A model generated the notes under the pieces. It saw only the letters and a list, made by a program, of their open reading frames with translations, did not search any database and had not been told where the DNA came from. Shown piece by piece: positions 28,218 to 37,260 of a DNA stretch of 64,000 bases. Positions within the stretch are counted from its first letter, which is position 1. Each line of letters starts with the position of its first letter. Location: contig CBDATQ010000001.1 in NCBI GenBank assembly GCA_965199955.1, positions 1,632,001 to 1,696,000 on the forward strand. The letters run 5' to 3'. The position numbers and the translations under genes were made by a program. Origin of the DNA: Spirochaetia bacterium (GTDB taxonomy: Bacteria; Spirochaetota; Spirochaetia; SZUA-6; Bin103).

Positions 28218-30101
28218 GTGAAGAGATTCATCGGATTGATCGCGGGCCTCATGGTCATCGGTGCGATTGCGTCTGCGCAGTACATCGAAGGCCCTTGGTT
28301 CGCGGAGGCGGTGGCGCGCGGCGACTTGCCGCCGATCGAGGAGAGGTTGCCGGTGGAGCCGCTGGTGCTGGCGCCTGGCGCCGGCTACGCGTTCCCGGCT
28401 GACGGCAGGCACACGGAGGGCTCGTACGACCGCAGCTCGACCGACCTGCCCAACATCCAGGGGCTGACCTCTACGCCATTCAGGAATCATCGGTTCGAGG
28501 TCGAGCTGCTGCCGTGGGCCTGGAAGGGCTGGGAAGGCTCGGACGACAACATGACCTGGACGTTCTACCTGCGCGAGGGCATGAAGTGGTCGGACGGTGA
28601 GGACTACACCGCCGACGACATCGTGTTCTGGTTCGAGAACGTGCACGGCGACGGTGATGCCGCGGTCCAATACCGGGAAGCGGGCGCCATGAACAAGAAC
28701 GCGGTGGCCGAAGGGACCGAGCGCCTGGAAAAGGTGGACGACTACACGCTGCGCTTCCACCTCAAGGCACCGGACCCGCGCTTCGAGTGGCTGGTGGGAC
28801 AGCGCTCCGAGCGTGAGCTGCTGAACGTCGACGACCACTACCTGCCGCAGTACCACCCGGCCGGCGGCGACGCCGAGGCGCTGGCCGCCAAGGTGTCGGC
28901 GGGCGGGTTCGACACCTGGATGCAACTCTTCGAGGACCGGCGCGACCGTCATGGCAACACCAACCCGGACAAGCCGCACCTGATGCCGTGGGGCCCGTCG
29001 GACCCGCCGCCGGCCAACCCGGCGGTGTTCACCGCCAACCCGTACAACTTCGCGGTGGATGATCGCGGCCAGCAGCTTCCCTACCTGGAGACCCAGCGCT
29101 ACTTCCTGGTTTCCGACGGCGAGGCGCAGAAGCTGCGTCTTCTGGCAGGCGGCGACAGTTGGGGGATCATCAAGACCCTGGAGTCACTGCCGCTAGCCAA
29201 GCGCGCGCAGGAAGACGGCAAGATCAGGTTCCAGCTCACCCCCAAGGGCGACGCCTACAAGTCGACGGTGACGCTGTTGAACATGAACGCGCAAGAGGAG
29301 TGGAAGGCGGAGCTGTTCCGCGACGTGCGCTTCCGCACGGCCTACTCGCTGTTCATCCCGCGGCGCAAGATCGCCGACATCATGTACGCAGGCGCCCCGC
29401 TGCCGACGCTGGGCGGCTTCATGTATGAGACCGACCATCCGTGGTACCTCCCGGAGCTGGGCCAATCGCCGCTGATCGAGCAGGATCTGGACCGCGCCAA
29501 CGCGTTGCTGGACGAGCTCCTGCCCAACAAGGACGCCGACGGCTTCCGCCTCGGCCCCGACGGCAACCCGGTCACGTTCTTTCTTGCAACCGTGACCCAC
29601 GACGAGTGGGAGCAGGCGGCCAACATCATCATGGAGGACCTGCACCTGATCGGCTTCAAGGCCAACCACCGCGCTACCGCGTGGGGCGGCTGGGGTGCAT
29701 TCGTCAATTCGATGGAGTGGGACATCATCGTCGACCAGAGCACGGAGGGCTGGAAGAGCCAGCTCCCGGAGCGGCAGTCGCTGATCGTTCCCACCGGACG
29801 GTTCGGTCCCAACTGGGCCTACTCGTGGTGGGAGTGGCTGGACTCAGGTGGCGAGAAGGGCGAGGAGCCGCCGCAGGAGATCAAGGACAACTGGGATCTG
29901 TTCCACCAGATGATCCAGGAGGCGGACGCGGACAAGCTCACCGAGCTCACCCACGAGTGGTACCGCCGCCAGGCCGAGCAGGTCTGGACCCTTCCGCACC
30001 TGACGTTCCCGCCCGAGTTCGACGTGTGGCAGCCCAACTTCAAGGGCGTCCACCCCAGGACCGGCCGGCCGTTCGAGTTCGGAGGCATGTGGTACGAGTA
30101 G
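28218..30101 (+). CDS. ABC transporter substrate-binding protein, family 5 (orphan)
   Basis: Signal peptide ending ASA-Q; LPPIEERLP, WTFYLREGMKWSDG..TADD, QQLPYL, DGFRLGPDG. Confidence 0.9.
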   Translation: MKRFIGLIAGLMVIGAIASAQYIEGPWFAEAVARGDLPPIEERLPVEPLVLAPGAGYAFPADGRHTEGSYDRSSTDLPNIQGLTSTPFRNHRFEVELLPWAWKGWEGSDDNMTWTFYLREGMKWSDGEDYTADDIVFWFENVHGDGDAAVQYREAGAMNKNAVAEGTERLEKVDDYTLRFHLKAPDPRFEWLVGQRSERELLNVDDHYLPQYHPAGGDAEALAAKVSAGGFDTWMQLFEDRRDRHGNTNPDKPHLMPWGPSDPPPANPAVFTANPYNFAVDDRGQQLPYLETQRYFLVSDGEAQKLRLLAGGDSWGIIKTLESLPLAKRAQEDGKIRFQLTPKGDAYKSTVTLLNMNAQEEWKAELFRDVRFRTAYSLFIPRRKIADIMYAGAPLPTLGGFMYETDHPWYLPELGQSPLIEQDLDRANALLDELLPNKDADGFRLGPDGNPVTFFLATVTHDEWEQAANIIMEDLHLIGFKANHRATAWGGWGAFVNSMEWDIIVDQSTEGWKSQLPERQSLIVPTGRFGPNWAYSWWEWLDSGGEKGEEPPQEIKDNWDLFHQMIQEADADKLTELTHEWYRRQAEQVWTLPHLTFPPEFDVWQPNFKGVHPRTGRPFEFGGMWYE

Positions 30102-30127
30102 CGCCGATGCGCTGACCGTACTCGCCA

Positions 30128-30159
30128 CGAAGGGTATCCCGCCGGCGGGATGCCCTTCG
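30128..30159. terminator. GC-rich palindrome, likely terminator/stability hairpin
   Basis: CGAAGGGTATCCCGCC/GGCGGGATGCCCTTCG just after the SBP stop; no U-tract. Confidence 0.6.
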
Positions 30160-30181
30160 CACTTAACGTGGAGGCAGAGGG

Positions 30182-30964
30182 ATGATCGACGCTGCCGCGA
30201 TGGCTTGGCCGGAAGCGCGTCGCAGGATTCCGGCGAGGGGGCTCCGCGTGCCGGTGGCGCCGCCGTGGCCGGCGATCGCCGGCTGCTTGATCTTGCTGCT
30301 GGCGATGCCTGCGGCTCTGACGGCCCAGGAACGGCAGGAGGAGCGGGAGGAGATGGTGAACCGCCAGATCGCCGCACGCGGGGTGAGCGACGAGCGCGTG
30401 CTTCAGGCGATGCGCACCGTGCCGCGCCATCGGTTCGTGCCGGAGCGCCTGTCGCGCTCGGCGTACAACGACCATCCGCTGCCGATCGGGGAGGGGCAGA
30501 CCATCTCCCAGCCCTACATCGTCGCACTGATGACCGAGACGCTGGAGGTCGAGGAGGACGACCGCGTGCTTGAAATCGGCACCGGCTCGGCCTACCAGGC
30601 GGCGGTGCTCGCGGAGCTGGCGGCGGAGGTGTACTCGATCGAGATCCGCGGGCCGCTGGCCGATTCGGCGGCCGCGCTGCTGGAGGAGCTGGAGTACACC
30701 AACGTGCAGACCAGGCACGCCGACGGCTACTACGGCTGGCCGGAGGCGGCGCCGTTCGACCACATCATGATCACCGCCGCGGTCGACCACGTGCCGCCGC
30801 CGCTGCTGGAGCAGCTCGCGGCTGGCGGCCGGCTGATCCTGCCGCTCGGCAATCCGTTCGCCCACCAGAGCCTTGTGGTGGTCACCAAACTGGAGAACGG
30901 CTTCCGCATGCAGGAGATCCTAGGGGTGCTGTTCGTGCCGATGACCGGCGCCGCCCTGAACTGA
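30182..30964 (+). CDS. pcm: Protein-L-isoaspartate O-methyltransferase with signal-peptide-like N-terminus
   Basis: VPRHRFVP, PLPIGEGQTISQPYIVA, VLEIGTGS, APFDHI, FVPMTG; hydrophobic leader IAGCLILLLAMPAALTA-Q. Confidence 0.92.
   Translation: MIDAAAMAWPEARRRIPARGLRVPVAPPWPAIAGCLILLLAMPAALTAQERQEEREEMVNRQIAARGVSDERVLQAMRTVPRHRFVPERLSRSAYNDHPLPIGEGQTISQPYIVALMTETLEVEEDDRVLEIGTGSAYQAAVLAELAAEVYSIEIRGPLADSAAALLEELEYTNVQTRHADGYYGWPEAAPFDHIMITAAVDHVPPPLLEQLAAGGRLILPLGNPFAHQSLVVVTKLENGFRMQEILGVLFVPMTGAALN
30904..30964 (+). repeat. 61-bp direct repeat, copy 1 (3' end of pcm)
   Basis: CCGCATGCAGGAGATCCT..GGGTGCTGTTCGTGCCGATGACCGG.GCCGCCCTGAACTGA; 3 mismatches against 32031..32091. Confidence 0.95.
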
Positions 30965-31006
30965 TGTCGCTGACCTTCGCGGCCGCACCCCTCTTGGAGG
31001 AATCCC

Positions 31007-31975
31007 GTGAGTGATGTCCCGCGCCGAGACCGCCCCCCCTACCGGAAGCCCATCGTCGCCGCGCTGGCGGTCCTGGTCGGCGTGCCGCTGCTGCTTGCCG
31101 GCTGCCGGCAACCGGGCATGGTCCCAGACTCGCCGGACGCTGCGCAACTGCGCATCGCGACCTGGAATCTCGAGCATCTGAACGACACCGACGACGCTGG
31201 CTGCGTGCCTCGGGACGAGGCGGACTACGACGCCATCGCCGACCGTATCCGGGAGATCGCCCCGGACGTGGTGGCGTTCCAGGAAGTGGAGAACATGGAA
31301 GCAGCGCTTCGCGTGTTCCCCGCAACACATTGGCACGTGGAAGTGTCCACGCGTCCCGAACCGGCAGCAGCGCCGCGCAAATGCTGGGGACTTCCCGGCA
31401 AATACCTCCACCATCAGGCGACCGGGTTCGCCATTCGCAAGGACATTGTCTACCATCGCAACAAAGACTTGGAATCCCTCGGCGACCCGGTTTCGTCGCA
31501 GCGCTGGGGTACTGACATCACCGTCACGTTCGGCGACCGCACACTGCGCCTGCTGTCCGTGCACCTCAAGTCGGGATGCTGGTCGGCCGAACAAGACGCG
31601 AGCGAGTCCCGCACGCAGACCTGCGCCACGCTGAGAAACCAGGTTCTCGAACTCAGGTCCTGGGCCGACCGCCGGGAGGACGAGCGGGCCGCTTTCGGCA
31701 TCCTGGGCGACTTCAACCGCCGTCTCGCCATAAGCGACGACTGGGCCTGGAGAGAGCTGTCGCCGGAATCATCTCCGCTCGGTCTTCTCACCGCGGACAT
31801 CGAAGCTCGGTGCGATCCGCGATACGAGGAATTCATCGACCACATCGTGCTCGACTCGACTGCGGCAGCATTGCTTGTCCCGGGATCGACCCATGAGTGG
31901 CCCCGTCACGATGACCATCCGGATCACTGTGCCGTGTCGACCGATCTCCGGGTCAATCGGCCAGCCGTCCCGTGA
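31007..31975 (+). CDS. Endonuclease/exonuclease/phosphatase-family lipoprotein
   Basis: Lipobox LLAGC; IATWNLEH, DVVAFQEVE, SVHLKSGC, LGDFNRR, IDHI, DHCAV. Confidence 0.9.
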   Translation: MSDVPRRDRPPYRKPIVAALAVLVGVPLLLAGCRQPGMVPDSPDAAQLRIATWNLEHLNDTDDAGCVPRDEADYDAIADRIREIAPDVVAFQEVENMEAALRVFPATHWHVEVSTRPEPAAAPRKCWGLPGKYLHHQATGFAIRKDIVYHRNKDLESLGDPVSSQRWGTDITVTFGDRTLRLLSVHLKSGCWSAEQDASESRTQTCATLRNQVLELRSWADRREDERAAFGILGDFNRRLAISDDWAWRELSPESSPLGLLTADIEARCDPRYEEFIDHIVLDSTAAALLVPGSTHEWPRHDDHPDHCAVSTDLRVNRPAVP

Positions 31976-31980
31976 CCGGA

Positions 31981-32091
31981 ACTCGATCGAGATCCGCGAC
32001 TGGCTGGCCGGATTCGGCGCCGTTCGATCACCGCATGCAGGAGATCCTGAGGGTGCTGTTCGTGCCGATGACCGGTGCCGCCCTGAACTGA
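31981..32091 (+). repeat. Collapsed duplicate of the pcm 3' region, including 61-bp repeat copy 2
   Basis: Three pcm-derived blocks in order: ACTCGATCGAGATCCGCG (cf. ~30633), GGCGCCGTTCGA.CAC (cf. ~30748) and the 61-bp terminal block. Confidence 0.9.
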
Positions 32092-34483
32092 GGGTTCGCT
32101 TACGCTGCTGATCGCGGCCGCGGTCGCCTCCTTCGCCGCCCTGGCGTACGAGGCGCTCCTGGTCCGGTTCTTCTCGCTTTCGCAGTGGAACCACCTGACG
32201 TTCCTGGTCCTGGGCGTCGCGCTGCTCGGCTTCTCCGCGTCGGGAGTGGTGCTGGCCGCCCTGGTGTCCCGTGGGCCGCGGGCCTCCTCCGTGCTGAGCC
32301 GTCCTTCGGGCGTGGCGGTGCTGCTGGCGGCGTTGTCGCTCGCCGTGTTGGGGTCGTTCGTCGTGCTGCGCGCTATGGAGCTGGACTACTTCCGCATCCC
32401 GCTGGAGCTGGGGCAGCTCGCGCTGCTGGCGGTGTCGTTCCTGGTCTTGTCGGTACCGTTCGCGATCGCCGGACTGGTGACTGCGCTCGCCTACGCCGAC
32501 CCGGACATCCCGGCCGGACGCACCTATGTGGCAGCGATGGCCGGCTCCGGGCTGGGCGCCGCCGTCCCGGTGGGGCTGCTGCCGGCGTTCGGCATCGCCG
32601 GCGCGGTCGCGGCGATCGCGGGGTTCCCCGCGCTCCTGGCGGTCGCGGTGGCGGGAACGCGGATCAGGAGCAGTGGGGGGGCGACGCGTGGGGTGCTCGC
32701 CGGCACAGCGGCGGCAGCGGTGGCGATCGGATCGTTGGCCACCGGCCTGATCGGTGAGGTGACGCCGTCCTCGTACAAGCTCGGATACCAGGCGCTGCAG
32801 TTCCCGGAGACGAAGGTGGTCGAGCGGCGCACCACGATCCGTGGCCGCTACGAGCGGTTGCAGGGGCCGGCGCTGCGCTTCGCGCCGGGGCTGAGCCTGC
32901 GCTGGATGGAACGGCTTCCGCGTCAGGACGCGGTGCTGACCGATGGCGATGCGTCACTGTTCGTCCCGCGCGATCCCGACCCGCGCTACGCCGGGGACCT
33001 GCTCGGATCGGTCGGTGCGGCGCTGGTGAGGGATCCGCGCAGCGCGCTGGTACTGCAGGCGAGCGGCGGCACCGCGCTGCCCATCGTGGTCCAGGCCGGG
33101 GTGCCGCGGGCCACGGTGGTGGATCCGTCGGCGTGGCGTGCCGCGGCGGTGCGCGCCGCGGTCGCGGAGCTGGGCTGGGACGGACCGGTCTCGGTCCGCC
33201 GCTCGTCGCTGCGCGGCTTCACCGCGAGCGCCGGTGAGCGCTACGACCTGATCTACCTGGATCACGCCGGGGCGTCGGTGCCCGGTGTGGAGAGCCTGAG
33301 CCGCCAGTTCACGCTGACCGTCGACGCGCTGCGGAGCTACCTGGACCTGCTGACCGAGGACGGCGTGCTGGTGCTGGGCCGCAAGCTGTCGCTGCCGCCG
33401 TCGACCAGTGTGCGCGCCACGGCGACGGCCCTGGCTGCGCTGGACGGCCGGACGCATACGCCGGAACGGCACCTGGCGATGCTCCGCTCCTTCGAGAGCT
33501 TCGTCCTGGCCGTGTCGCGCGCTCCCTTGTCGGCCGAACGGCTGGCGGCGGTCCGCTCGTTCGCGGACGAGCGGGGCTTCGATCTGGTCTACCTGAGCGA
33601 CATGAGCAGCGACGAGGCGAACCGCTTTGCCGTCCTGGTGGAGCCGCACTACCACGTCGCGATCGGCGGGCTGATCGCCGCCTGGCGCGAAGGGCGAGCA
33701 GACGCCTGGTTCCGTGCGCAGGTGCTGGACGTGGCGCCGCGCCGCGACGGCCGGCCGTTCTTCAGCCATACGCTGCGCTGGACGCGGATCGGTGAGTTGG
33801 CCGCGGCGCTCGGCGGACGCTGGTTCGGGTTCCTGCTGTCCGCGGAGGTGGTGGTGGCGGCCGTGATCGGCATCTCCACCCTGGCCGCCGCGCTCCTGCT
33901 GGCGCTGCCGGCCGCGGCGGGACGCGGGGCCGGCCGGCACTCGCCGCGCGTGTTCGCCTACTTCCTTGCGGTAGGGGCCGGTTACATCTGGGCCGAGCTC
34001 GCCCTGATCGGCCTGTTCACCCTGCTGGTCGGCGACCCGGTGGTCTCGGTCGTGGTGGTGCTGTCGGCCATGCTGACGCTGTCCGGCCTGGGCGGGTTGG
34101 TCTCGGCGCGCATAAGGGGCCAGCGCCTGCCGGTGGTGCTGCTCCTGATCGTCGCACTTCTGGCAGTGGTAGCGCTGACGGCCTTCCCGCTGGTCCGGCT
34201 GCTGCTTGCGCTACCGGTGGTCCTCCGCGTCGTCGGCGCTGCGCTCCTGCTGGCCGCGGTGGCGGTTCCGCTGGGACTGCCGTTCCCGGCCGGCCTCCGG
34301 CTGCTCGCCCCGAAGCCGTATGCGACCGCGCGGGCGTGGGCGGCTAACGGCGCCGCGTCCGTGGTCGGCGCGGCGCTGGCACCCCAGATAGCCTGGGACC
34401 TCGGCATCCCGGCGCTTGTCGTGCTCGCCGCCGCCGTCTACCTCGGCACGGCCCTGGCTGCACGCCGGGCCGCGGTATGGTGA
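32087..34483 (+). CDS. Integral membrane protein with central spermidine-synthase-like SAM-fold domain; start codon unclear
   Basis: Frame is open from 32087: ALAYEALLVRFFSLSQWNHLTFLVLGVALLGFSASG; central LVLQASGG..VVDP..YDLI; C-terminal AWAANGAASV. First GTG is at 32246. Confidence 0.8.
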   Translation, partial: TEGSLTLLIAAAVASFAALAYEALLVRFFSLSQWNHLTFLVLGVALLGFSASGVVLAALVSRGPRASSVLSRPSGVAVLLAALSLAVLGSFVVLRAMELDYFRIPLELGQLALLAVSFLVLSVPFAIAGLVTALAYADPDIPAGRTYVAAMAGSGLGAAVPVGLLPAFGIAGAVAAIAGFPALLAVAVAGTRIRSSGGATRGVLAGTAAAAVAIGSLATGLIGEVTPSSYKLGYQALQFPETKVVERRTTIRGRYERLQGPALRFAPGLSLRWMERLPRQDAVLTDGDASLFVPRDPDPRYAGDLLGSVGAALVRDPRSALVLQASGGTALPIVVQAGVPRATVVDPSAWRAAAVRAAVAELGWDGPVSVRRSSLRGFTASAGERYDLIYLDHAGASVPGVESLSRQFTLTVDALRSYLDLLTEDGVLVLGRKLSLPPSTSVRATATALAALDGRTHTPERHLAMLRSFESFVLAVSRAPLSAERLAAVRSFADERGFDLVYLSDMSSDEANRFAVLVEPHYHVAIGGLIAAWREGRADAWFRAQVLDVAPRRDGRPFFSHTLRWTRIGELAAALGGRWFGFLLSAEVVVAAVIGISTLAAALLLALPAAAGRGAGRHSPRVFAYFLAVGAGYIWAELALIGLFTLLVGDPVVSVVVVLSAMLTLSGLGGLVSARIRGQRLPVVLLLIVALLAVVALTAFPLVRLLLALPVVLRVVGAALLLAAVAVPLGLPFPAGLRLLAPKPYATARAWAANGAASVVGAALAPQIAWDLGIPALVVLAAAVYLGTALAARRAAVW

Positions 34484-34557
34484 TCGCGTCCCACTTTGGC
34501 GCCGAAGTGAGACACGCCGTCGATCAGGTCACGAACGGATTGGTGATCTCCAGGCGT

Positions 34558-35442
34558 CTACCTTCCATGCAGATGGATCTCGTCCCGGTCGAAGGTCCAG
34601 CCGGCGCGGTCGCCGCCCGCCATCTCCGAAAGGCGCTTCATCTCTGCGATCTGCTCTTCAGCCTCGCGCAGGACGCGGGCCGCGGTCGGCCGCTTGGCGC
34701 GGCGCGCCAGATCGATCGGTCGATTGCCGGCATGATCCAGCGCGTCGGGGTCGGCGCCGGCGTCGAGCAGCATGCGCACCAGCTTGCCGGCGACGCCGGT
34801 GGCGGCCGCGCAGTGCAGGGACGTTCGGCCGTCGCGTTTACGTGGGCGGTTGACGTCGGCCCCGTGCGCGACGAGCAGCGCCACGCATGAGGTGCGGCCA
34901 TGGTTGCACTGGTGCTGCAGCGCCGTGTCGGCGGACGCGTCCCAGTCGACGTCGGCGCCCTGCTCGATCAACAGCGGCACCAGATGCTCGGCGTTGCGCC
35001 CGCACACCGCGCTGCGCACGTACCCGTCGTCAGTCGCCGCGACGTCGATGCCGACGTCGGAGATCAGATAGCGAACCGCCGCCTCATGTCCGCCCGTGAG
35101 CGCCCAGTGCAGGGGCGTGCCGTAGCAGAGCGTCTCACTCCACGGTGGGGACGGCTCCCGTGCGATCGCCCTGAGCTGCGGGACCTCGCCCCAGGTCGCG
35201 GCCGACCACGCATCCCAGCGGATGCCGTAGGGCCGAAAAAGGTCGAGAGCATCGCGGATGCCCGCGCCGCCGGCGAGCGAGAACACCGTCCGGCCGTAGC
35301 GATCCCGCTGCCACAGCCAGTCGCTGTCCCCGCGTTGCTCGACTTCTCCTGCGATGTGCCCGCTCGCCTCGGCGAAGTCGTGCGCCTTGATGGCGCGCAT
35401 GAGCAGGACCATGAGCGGCGGCGCTTTACTCGCTTTACTCAT
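34558..35442 (-). CDS. Ankyrin repeat protein (C-terminus apparently derived from a TA remnant)
   Basis: GTPLHWA, GADVD, GRTSLHCAA, GADPDALD..GNRPIDLA. Confidence 0.88.
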   Translation of the reverse strand: MSKASKAPPLMVLLMRAIKAHDFAEASGHIAGEVEQRGDSDWLWQRDRYGRTVFSLAGGAGIRDALDLFRPYGIRWDAWSAATWGEVPQLRAIAREPSPPWSETLCYGTPLHWALTGGHEAAVRYLISDVGIDVAATDDGYVRSAVCGRNAEHLVPLLIEQGADVDWDASADTALQHQCNHGRTSCVALLVAHGADVNRPRKRDGRTSLHCAAATGVAGKLVRMLLDAGADPDALDHAGNRPIDLARRAKRPTAARVLREAEEQIAEMKRLSEMAGGDRAGWTFDRDEIHLHGR

Positions 35443-35485
35443 CCCTGACCGAGGCTCCCCGGCTCACGTTGTAGCATGCAGAGCG

Positions 35486-36508
35486 ATGTCGGTCCTGACC
35501 GGGAAAGCCAGCGACTTTCTGAGAGTCGCCGCGGCAGCCGCTGGCCGGGGCGACCTCGATACGGTACGGGCCATATTGGCAGACAAGCCCGTATGGATCC
35601 GACGCATCGGCTCGCACGGCCGCACCCTGCTCTGGGAAGCGGCCTACCGGGGACGGCTCGAAATGGTGGAGTACCTGCTCGATCGGGGTGCCGACATCGA
35701 CGCCTGCGGCTGCCACTTCACGCCGCTCCTGGTCGAGATCTCCCCGTACTGCGCGGCGCGGTGCCGGGGGCACGAGGCGGTGGCCGACCGTCTGCTCGAG
35801 CGCGGCGCCGCGACCGACATCTTCACCGCCGCGTTTCTCGGGGATCGCGAGGCGGTCGGCGCACACCTGGAGCGCGAACCGCGGCTGGCGACGGCAGAGA
35901 AGCCGCAGCACGATGCCGGCCTGCGTGCGACCGTGCTGCACTATGCGGTCAGCGCGAGCCGGCTGGACATCGTCACCACGCTGCTGGCCCGCGGCGCCGA
36001 CCCGCGTCCGGACAGCGGCTGGCTGATCCGTTTTGCGATCTGGCGGGATCGGGCTGACATCCTGGGGGCGCTCATCGACGCCGGCGCGGATCCGACCCGG
36101 GCCGAGATGCCGCGATCGGGAGTCTCGGCCGAGATCGCCGCGCTGCTGGCCGCGCATGGTGCCGGCGTCAACGTCGACCATGCCGAGGGCGGCTGGCCAC
36201 CGCTGGTGTTCCAGGCGCGCGGCGACCGGGGCGGGAACGTCGACCGCGTGCGCGACCTGCTCGAACGGGGCGCCGATGTCAATGTCCGGAACCACAAGGG
36301 ACAGACGGCGCTGCACTGCGCGGCCAGGGCCGGGTTCCTGGACATCGTCGCTTTGCTGCTCGACCGCGGCGCGGGTGTGGACGCCACCGACGACGACGGC
36401 CGCACCCCGCTCGCCGTAGCGCTGCGCTCGACGGTCCGGGACAAGGCGAGGCTCGCGGCCGTCATCGAGCTGCTGGAGACTGCCGGCGCCGCCGATCCCG
36501 CGGGGTGA
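35486..36508 (+). CDS. Ankyrin repeat protein
   Basis: GRTLLWEAA, TVLHYAV, GQTALHCAA, GRTPLAVA. Confidence 0.9.
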   Translation: MSVLTGKASDFLRVAAAAAGRGDLDTVRAILADKPVWIRRIGSHGRTLLWEAAYRGRLEMVEYLLDRGADIDACGCHFTPLLVEISPYCAARCRGHEAVADRLLERGAATDIFTAAFLGDREAVGAHLEREPRLATAEKPQHDAGLRATVLHYAVSASRLDIVTTLLARGADPRPDSGWLIRFAIWRDRADILGALIDAGADPTRAEMPRSGVSAEIAALLAAHGAGVNVDHAEGGWPPLVFQARGDRGGNVDRVRDLLERGADVNVRNHKGQTALHCAARAGFLDIVALLLDRGAGVDATDDDGRTPLAVALRSTVRDKARLAAVIELLETAGAADPAG

Positions 36509-36527
36509 GCCCGGGGCGGACGGCCGG

Positions 36528-36941
36528 TTACGCGAGCACCTCGAACGCGTTCGTGCGCGTGCGGCCGTACCGGTAGACCGCAAAGTCGCTGTCGAACGAA
36601 ATCACGCGCGTGACTCCCAGGCGCTCCATCAAAGCGAAGGAGGTGCGATCCACCAGCGAGAAGTCCTGGTCGGGGAAGCATTCGCCGATCGACCACGCCG
36701 ATTCAAGATCGGCGTCGGTGGTCTGTTCGATGGATGCGACTCCCATCCGCAGACCGCCCCAAAAGGTCTCCGCCGCGGCATCGGAAATGAAGTGATGAAT
36801 GAGGCGCCACGTCTCGACGAGTACGTGGTCACTCGTGACGAGCGGCTGGTCCCGCGCCAGCAACCGCTTCGCACGTCCGTTGTGGCGGTCGTTCGTGTCG
36901 GCCGCGGCATACCAGGCCGACGTGTCCACGAAGACGCTCAT
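36528..36941 (-). CDS. vapC: VapC PIN toxin (apparently intact)
   Basis: VFVDTSAW, VLVET, FSLVDRTSF, SFDSDF. Confidence 0.9.
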   Translation of the reverse strand: MSVFVDTSAWYAAADTNDRHNGRAKRLLARDQPLVTSDHVLVETWRLIHHFISDAAAETFWGGLRMGVASIEQTTDADLESAWSIGECFPDQDFSLVDRTSFALMERLGVTRVISFDSDFAVYRYGRTRTNAFEVLA

Positions 36942-37192
36942 GCGGAGCGGTTGCGCTTTGCTGAACCGAGTGCTTCCGCGACCATGCGGTCCTTGTCGGC
37001 GCCGATGTCTGTCCCGACCGACGCGCCAAGATCGAAGACGATGGAACGGTCCATGCTCCGTGGAGACTCGGCCAGATCCCGGTCCACCAGGCGCCGTATG
37101 TACTCGGCGAACGAAACGCCAAGCGCTGCGGACCGGGCGCGGACCCGGGCATGCAACTCCGACGTAAGTGATATCTGCGTTCGCACCATCAT
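36938..37192 (-). CDS. Ribbon-helix-helix antitoxin
   Basis: MVRTQISL..GVSFAEYIRRLV; ATGA overlap with vapC. Confidence 0.85.
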   Translation of the reverse strand: MMVRTQISLTSELHARVRARSAALGVSFAEYIRRLVDRDLAESPRSMDRSIVFDLGASVGTDIGADKDRMVAEALGSAKRNRSA

Positions 37193-37201
37193 TGTGGCGC
37201 C

Positions 37202-37230
37202 ATCATAGCGCTGCCACCATGCAGCGTCAA
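37202..37230 (-). promoter_or_regulatory. Near-consensus sigma70 promoter for the TA operon
   Basis: TTGACG-17 nt-TATGAT, overlapped by repeated ATG(A/G)TGG units (possible operator). Confidence 0.75.
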
Positions 37231-37260
37231 TGCCGCGCCGCTACGGGCCGGACTGGAGGC

